A DNA stretch of 54,645 bases. It comes from a virus. The number at the start of each line of letters is the position of its first letter. Within the stretch, counting starts at the first letter, position 1. The notes beneath the pieces are model-generated. The model ran no database searches. It was given only the letters and a program-made list of their open reading frames with translations, and was not told the DNA's origin. Positions 35,228-44,200 of this stretch are shown here, piece by piece. Location of the stretch: the IMG/VR virus record IMGVR_UViG_3300011923_000001, one strand, 5' to 3'. The position numbers and the translations under genes are program-made.

Positions 35228-38200
35228 GTGAATCCTGAACAATTTTTCAATAGCTTCTTAAACGATGCTGTAGATAAAGGCTTAAAACCAAACCAAGTAT
35301 TTAATGAACGAGAGCGTATTTGGCGAGAAAACATTCAGCCCGCATTAGTCAAAAAAGGGGCTAATGAAACCGATCTAACCAATGCTATGAAGCGTTGGCA
35401 AGAGAAAACCAATGCACCCATGATGCAGCTTGGTTTCTTGCCTAAAGATGGTCAAAACTCACGTGGAGCAGCCAAAGACTTACGTGCAGAACGCGCTGTA
35501 CGTGAATCTGTTAAAACAGGCAGCAAACTACCTCTTATCAAAGAAACAGCTCTTTCTACTGCTGACACGCTTGCCAATGCCTTTGGTCAGGGCGCAAACA
35601 ATATGGTTGGTAGTATTGCCCGATTTGCAAACGATATTGGAGAAAATGAAAAAGGCACTACGCTTGATCGTATAGCGAACTCGTCAGATTCTACAGCCAA
35701 AGCTTTTGGCAAATCTGCTTCAAGTCAACAAACAGCGATGCAAAGTGGCGAAATGGGTAAAGCCGCACAGCTTGGAATAGGGGCAGTTCAATCAATTCCA
35801 GCTATGGCGCTTCCAATGGGAGCCGCAGCGGGAACAACTAAAGTTTTAGGTGGCATAGCAAAAACCGCAGCACCTTATTTTGGTTTAGGTGTGGGTACTA
35901 TCGCTGGACACACTCAAAACTATGGTGAAGTGCGTCAGGGCGCAACACAAAATCTACAGCAAGATTTTCCGACATGGCAGGAACTTCAGGGCAACCCATT
36001 ATATGAACAAAAATTTAATGAAAATCTGAATGCGGGTTTATCGGTAGATCAATCCCGACAAAAGGCCCATGCCGATACATTAGATACACTTTCTGAAAGT
36101 GCTGCTGATAAGTACGGCACAGCGATGACCGCACTAGACATTATCGCGCCAAGTGGCGCGGTATTGGGTTCTGGTATTTTAAAGAAAATTCCTAATTCAA
36201 CTATTGGCAATATCATTGCTGGCGGTAAAGTAAATCAAAAGCTGGTTCAACAAGAGTTAAAAGCAGCCGAACGCACAGGTATTTCGAAATATCTACCTGA
36301 TGTCAGTCTTGAAGCAAATAAAGCGGCTTTAAAAATGGTTGGCAAACAAGGCTTGGAGGAAGGCTTACAAGGTGCAATTGGTGAATATGGCTCACAATCG
36401 GCCAGTGCAAATATTGGCGGCAAGCCGATCGATTGGAAACAAGTAGGGCAATCTTTTATAGATGAAGGAATTGTCGGGGCTATCATGGGCGGCGGTATGC
36501 AATCCGCTTCAGGCCATACGCCGACTGGCCAAGCCAAAGCCATAGCAAAAGAACTTCGCAACCAGACCAATGCACTTCGTAAAGATGAAGCTTTAGCGCG
36601 AAATAATTTATCTGAAGCCATGCAGTTTAATAACCCTGAACGTGTCGCTGAAGCTGAAAACGATCTACAACTGATTCAGGAACGTGCTAAGAATCTTCAT
36701 GATGGTTATACACAATTTGGTATAGACACACCTTATTTCGTTCAACGACTGATACCTAAAGATCAAGAACCTGGTACAAATCAGGATCAACAAACTCAAT
36801 TACAACAAGCTCAACCTGAAGACTTACCAGAACCAGCACCAACGCAAGAACCTATTGCTGAACAAGCACCAGCACAGCCAAGCTTTAAACCAGCAGGATA
36901 TGATATGGCCGACACAACCAACTTGGTTGTTAAGGCTGTAAGTGACGGTGTTTTAAGTCTTGATCAAGCCGAAAAGATACAGCGCGACCCAGTTGCGGGT
37001 GCTGTGTTTGGTCATGCCATAAATGGCGATAAAGCTTCAGCACAACAAACCATTATGGATGCTATATCCAATGGAGTTATTGATTTACCACAAGCCGAGT
37101 CACTTTCTAAAGATATAGACGTATTTGCAAATTTGCATAGCCAAATGCCTGAAAGCGAAGTTGCAGCACCATTAGAGCCAGTTAAACCAACTTTAACAAG
37201 CATTGTGAATAACCACGTTAAAGAACAGGTTAATGCTGGTATGAATCAGCCTGAATTGAATGATTTTGGTTATACACCACAGGGATTAAGTCCAGCACAG
37301 CCTGATCCAAACCTAAGCACTTTCGACTCTATAGAACCGCAATTTATTCAGCAAGAACAGTCTGGGATAATTGACAGCAATGCGCCACAAGAACAAAACA
37401 TTGAAGCACCAGTTGATTACAACCAACTTCAGCCAGATCAACAGCAGTTTGAAACAGGCAATCAAGCACCAGAAAATCAAAACCCAACAGCACCAACAGA
37501 GCAAGGAGATAATCCTCTATTTTCTGGACAACCACCTGATTTAAATCAAAGCTTTGCCGAAAAATTCCGTGATGCACATCTTAATCATCCTGAATTAAAG
37601 CCAAAATTAATTAATGATGAGATAGCTTTAGGTCGAAATCGGGCAGAAGTGCTTAAAGAGGTGAATAGCCTTGTTGCTGATATGCCGAAACAACCTAAGG
37701 CTAAAACTGAAAACATACCTATTTCTGAGCCAGAGATTAAGTCTTTTAGCAATTCAGCTAAGGCCAGCGAATATATTCGGAAAAATAATTTATCTGAAAC
37801 CCATGAACCAATATCCAATGATGGACTTTTTGAGGTTCGTCCAAAAGCAGAACCAGAAAAATTAGAAATTGAGCAAAATTCACCCAAAAACGGCACAACA
37901 GATTTAAATCAAGGAGATATGGGTCGAGCCAGTGACAATAAGCCTTTTGCAAATCAACAATCAGCTAGTCTAGCATTAAATAAAAAGGGTTTAACTAAAA
38001 CTCATTTTGTGCATAAAACTGAAGGCGGTTATGTTTTACGTCCAACAAGCGAAAATGAACCCCAAGATATTGCCAAACAATCTACCACTTTCCCTTTGGA
38101 TAAAGTTAAGCAGGCATTTAGCCATGCCCATTTATCGCCAGCGAATACAGCGCGTTCCATGAAGGAGAGTTTTGACCGTTTTATTCAATCTGAAGTAGAT

Positions 38201-41200
38201 CAATCAGAACATTTAATTGAAAACAACGACCAACAAAAAGCTTTTGATGATGCAATTTCTGATCTTGAGCATAAATATATTAATGAGTGGCTACCACCAT
38301 TATTAAATGCCGCAAGTAGTACAGTTAGTTCTGCTGTCGCTGGTCGTAATAACTTCAACAGTAAACAGGCAAATCAGCGGGGAAATACCTTAGACAGAGC
38401 CATGAAAAATTTTGATGATTCTATTCAGAGATTCACAGGCCAAACGAAATCTAAAGTCCTTGCAGCACGTACACCTGAACAAAAACAACGTGATCTTGAT
38501 GCAGATAATGCAAAAAAGGAACAGGAAAAACTAAAAGAAGTGAAAAAGGCTGAAGAAGCTGCTTTGACTTCAAAACAAGGACAAAAAAGAACACGAGTTA
38601 GCAATGCTGATGTTCCTGACCGATCAAAAGCCATTGAAATGACGATGGAGGAATGGAAGAAAAAATCAAAAGATTATAAATCAACTAATCTTGGTGTCCG
38701 CATGGCTATGGCTTTAAATAAGGAAACTGGTGCAACAGAGCTTAGACCTGTTTGGATCACTGATGAGGAACCTGCAAAAAATAAAACCAATGTTTTAAAT
38801 GTAAATAAGGGCGATAAAATTACAATTCCAAAAACTAAGGATGCTTTAGGGAAGATTCGCCCCTCCGAAACACTAACTGTTTCTGGCCTAGATGGTAATG
38901 ATTTAACCTTGACAACTGAGTCGGGTGCTAGAACCATTGAAAGTGCAAAACTCTTAAAACAACGATATGGCGATAAACTTTCAATATTAAAGAATGACGA
39001 TAGTTCTACATCCAATATTGATGCAGCAGCCAACGAAGCAGCAACTAGCCCAAAAAATAATACACCTGAACCGACTCAGGCACAGATAGAAGCAGGCAAT
39101 TATAAAAAAGGCCACGTAAATATTCAGGGCTTGAATATCTCCATTGAGAACCCGAAAGGTTCTATACGATCAGGACAACGTCCCGATGGCTCAGAATGGT
39201 CACATACCATGAGTGATCATTACGGTTATCTGAAGCGAACTACTGGCGCAGATAACGAGCATATTGATACTTACATTGGTGAACACCCTGACTCAAGTCA
39301 AGTATTCATTGTTGATCAAATCGATCAGCAAACAGGTGATTTTGATGAACATAAAGTCATGCTTGGATTCAATGATTTAGACAGTGCTACGCAAGCATAT
39401 AAATCAAATTTTGATAAAGGCTGGAAGGTTGGCCCTATTCGCGTTATGAACGTGGATGAGTTTAAAAACTGGTTAAAACATGAAGATACAACCCAACCAA
39501 CAGTACAAGATGAACCGAAATCATACGATCAGATTAAATCTAATTTCGATGATCTATCTAAACGTCTGGATGAGGGTGATCCTGATTTAAAAATTGAAGA
39601 TATTCGCTCAACTTATAAAGACATGCTTGAACACTATGACAATATTGTGAATGACCTATCAAGCAAAACAAAACCAACACTTCTGGCTGGTATGAATCCT
39701 TACTATCAGGCGCGATATAAATCAGAAAATAAACCTGTCATTGTAAAGCATCTAGCTGACAATACTTTCATGCGGATGAACTTTCTCGATGGAGGTATGA
39801 TTTCTTACTCTTATGGAGAAAAACGTACACTGCCTGAAATCTTGCGCGATAAATTAAACGATGCAACACAGGAGGATTTGAATAAATTTCTTGACCAGCA
39901 ACGTCAGGAACGTGAACAGTATAAACGTGATATTACGGCCGCAGTTGATGGACTACAAAACCCGCATACATTAGAGGACTTTGCTCGCATTTCCCGTGTA
40001 AACGAACATAAAGATTTTAAGTCATTTTATTCAAGTCTGTCTGAACCACAGCAGGCACTTTATGACGAGCTAAAATCTCAATCTAACAATGAGAAACGGT
40101 TACAGGAAGCTGAACGCAACAAGGCTGCACAAGCTTTAAATAGCACAGCTATAAACGGCAACACCAGCGCCACAATCTACAAAGGCAAGCACACCAAAAA
40201 AGGCCATGATATTTGGACAGTTTCATTAAACGATCGTATCGAAAAGGATGATTTTGATTCTTATCGTAATGAAGCTAAAGCACTTGGCGGCTACTACTCA
40301 TCATATCGAGGTGGTGGATCAATACCCGGCTTTATTTTTGATAGTGAATCTTCCGCGACAGAGTATCTAAATCTTATTTCTGGCCATTCTGCTGAAAATT
40401 CTGATATTGAAACAACGGCCATTACAGATTTTGATCAGGAAGCTGAAGCGGTAGAAACGGATGCCAATAAACAAGCTGAGAAATTAAAAGATAAGGCACA
40501 AAAAATCATAGATCGTGGAAATGAAAGCCTCAATCGTGATCGTAAGGCCAATACCAACAAACGAGCTAGTGAAGCGGCCAGAGCAGAGCAACAGGCCAAT
40601 CATGAAGTGTTTCTCGGCGAAACCATGAACCGTATTGCTGATGGTATTGAATCTGGAACTGTGAAATATCTTTCTCGCTTAAATGCTGTTTCTCAATTGC
40701 GTAATATTGAAAGCCTATTGCAGCAGGCTTCAAATGAACAGCAACGTGAAACAAAAGCCAAAGAACGTGAAGTTAATGCCTCAACAGTGGCTTATTCTGA
40801 ATATCCTCAGTATAAGACTTGGATTGACCATTTTTATGATGTTTTACGTGATTTGCGTGAGATTAAACCAAGTCTAGCCAAACGACTCGATAGTGCTATT
40901 GATGCCCGATTGAAACAGGCTTATGGCGTATGGCTCAATGAAAAGAATAGTTTTGGAACAGAAAATTATTTAAGCGTTACGGCTCGTACGAGTGATGGCC
41001 AACCCGCTATATTCAAGACCAGTATTTCAAAGGCCGAAAAAGTCGCTAAAGCGGCCAATGCCAAGACTGATCAACCAAAATTCGAAGTTTTTAAAATTAA
41101 GAATGGTGAATATGCCGTCATCGATAACCATTCAAGCGCATCTGAGAGTGGTAAGTGGACACCAACACGCAATGACCAGCAATTAAATCTAAGCAATAAC

Positions 41201-44200
41201 TTTGGCCATGAAATCTACAATGCCTTGAAGCAGCACCAGAAGAAATCACCAAAATACTATATCAACTGGCAGATAGAATCCATGCATGAACAAGTATCCC
41301 GCATGGAAAAACTAGGCATTCACGATCCAGCCACGTATAGAGCCATGTTGCGTGAATATATAGGGTTACGCGGTAAAGAGAAAGCTAACGACCCTATTAA
41401 GGCTTTAGAGCGTTCGATGGTTGGGCGATCAAATGATGGTTTAGATTTTTTCCCAACACCACGCAACGTGGTTGAAGAAATGATAGAACTGGCTCAACTT
41501 AGTCCAGATATGAAAGTCTTAGAACCAAGTGCAGGCATGGGGCATATTGCTGACATATTAAAAGACTATGGTATTCAACCTGATGTTATTGAATTATCAG
41601 GTAAGCGCCAAGAACTTTTAGAGTTAAAAGGCCATAATATTGTAGGTAATGACTTCTTACTCTTTAACCCTGAAGAAAGCCAGCATTATGACCGCATCAT
41701 TATGAACCCGCCATTTAGTGATCGCAGGGATGCAGAGCATATCTACCATGCATTTGATCTTTTAAAAGATGATGGTGTGCTTGTGGCCATTGCTGGTGAA
41801 GGTGTGTTTTTTGGAAATGATAAAAAGGCTAAGGAGTTCCAAGCATGGCTAGAACATACCAATGCTGAAATAACACCATTGGATGCTGGTACATTTAACG
41901 ATCCGAGTTTACCAGTAACAACTGGTGTTAAGGCAAGAATTATTAAAGTTTCAAAATCTAATACCTTGAATAAACAATTTAGCCGTCATGAGCCAATAGA
42001 TCAGGGTAATACTGAAGAAAATGTTCGTTCCGCTTTGATGGATCACTTTGGCAAAGGTGTTATAGAAAGTCTTGAGCAAAAAGGCATTTTAACGATCATT
42101 CCAACACATTCAGACAAAAGTGTAGAGGGCTGGTATCAGGATGGTCATGTTACCTTAGTCGCTGATCAACTTACCAGTCAGACAGCCGTACCAACATTAC
42201 TGCATGAGTTGGGAGGACATGGCGGTTTTCAGTCCATGATGAGTGAAACAGCGTATGCCGACATTATGGCAAACGTAGATCGGCTAATAGAAGGGAAAAA
42301 CTTTATAGCTACTGAAGCCAAACGACGAGCTTCAGTAGAATCCGACCCAGCGGTTCAGCGAGATGAGCTACTTCCTTATTTGCTTTCAGTGGCCAGTGAA
42401 ATGCAGGGAGTGACTGGCTCACCATATCTGGCTGTAAATCGTATCATTGCGCGTATCACAAGTGCTGTTAAAGCATGGCTGAAGAACAAGTACGATCTTA
42501 ACTTTAAAATAAGCCCTGATGAAATGATTGCCATTGCTGAACGTATGATTAAGCAAACTGCTAAGTCGAACACCAGTCCTTTAGCTGATCATAATCGTCA
42601 ATATTCATTGAATGAGGCGGCTAACTCTGCTTTCAATAAAGCTATTGATCATGTTGTTAATGGTGTTACTCCAAAGCAATTTATTAGAATGGGTAAAACA
42701 CCTGACGTTTTGAAAATGGTCGGAATGCCCGATGCCCTAATCACGATTCACGGTCGCACGATTGAGAAAGTAATGGGTGAACATTTAGGTGTTGAGCAAG
42801 GTGATCATAGTCATCTACACAATCTAACACCAGAGTCGCTACGACAATTACCGAAACAAATCAACGATCCTATTGCTGTATTCAAATCGGCTGAATCTGC
42901 CACAAAAGATGGATACGTGGTTTTAACTGAATTAAGGGAAATTGATTCCATAAAAGGCAATAGCAAGCCTGTCGTAGCAGCATTGCATGTTAAAGCATCC
43001 AAATCGGATATTGAAATCATTAATGTCGTAAGTGTTTACGGTCGATCAAAGTCGCAGTTACAGCGCGCTTTGAATAATGACTTATTATATTGGAATAAAG
43101 AAAAAGGCCAGCTATTTCTGGATACCGACGGGCTTCAATTGCCACAGGAATTACACACAGAAAATACTGACCTTTCTAAAACCAATATTAAAACAAACGA
43201 GGATTTAGTCAAGTATCGTGAAGTAAACAATCGTAAATTTAGCCGAAAAGCTACGGCTGATCCTGAAAATTTACCTGAATCGACACAACAGAAAATTATA
43301 GATGCCGCGAGTCAATCGTTTTTTGGCCAAGCCGCACTATTAGGGCTTGAAAAGTCAAAAACCATTACGAAACAAACAGGCCGTTTATTTAGCACTATGC
43401 TTCATAAAGCCCTTCAGGATCGTGATTTTAAAGTGACGTTTGATTTAGTACAGGACAAAATCAATCATGTCACCTTTGCTTCTTCTGCTTCAATGGATGT
43501 TGCGCCAGATATTTTGACTCAATTAGAAACTGGATCAGACTATTGGAAGGAAAGTAAGAAGGTGGGCCAACAGTTAGCGCACACTCTCAATTTACGTGAC
43601 AAGCCAGAATTTCAGAAGGATTTAGAAACCGTTGGTGATGTTCTTTTTGAAAATACCTTATCTGAAGAACCAAAAGTTTTTAATGATCAGGAACTACGTG
43701 ACAAAAAACTGACACAAAACCAGATTGATTTATATCATCAAACTAGGGCTGCAATTGATACTTCACTTGACTCATTTGCCAAAACAACGATTTCCAATAT
43801 CTATAAACATTTGGGTGGCAAGTCAGATGACATTTTAGCAATTACAGCAATGGATCTCACTTTGGGTGGCCATGTGAATGAAATTGCTGATCGTATGGCC
43901 AAGATCGTTGAAAATGATCCTGATAAAGCTGAAGCGGCCAAAGTTGCTGAGGAACACATTGAGAAGGTCGTAACACGGCTTGAGCAATTAAAAAACGAAG
44001 GCTATATGCCACTAATGCGCTTTGGTAAGTATTACATGCGTGTTATTGATCCTACGACTAAAGAGGTTGCTTATCGTCAACACTTTGAAAGTGAAGCTGA
44101 ACGAAATTTATTTGTTCGCAACTACAAAGCCCCTGAAGGCTACAAAGTTGAATCATCCCAAATCAACGAGCTTGAACATAAACTCTTTCAGGGTGTAAGT

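Noticed and set aside
42190-42240. LLHELGGHGGF in the giant protein, read as a zincin HExxH metalloprotease motif.
   Set aside because: The spacing is HExxxH, not HExxH, and no downstream third ligand motif is recognisable. This is not enough to call a peptidase.
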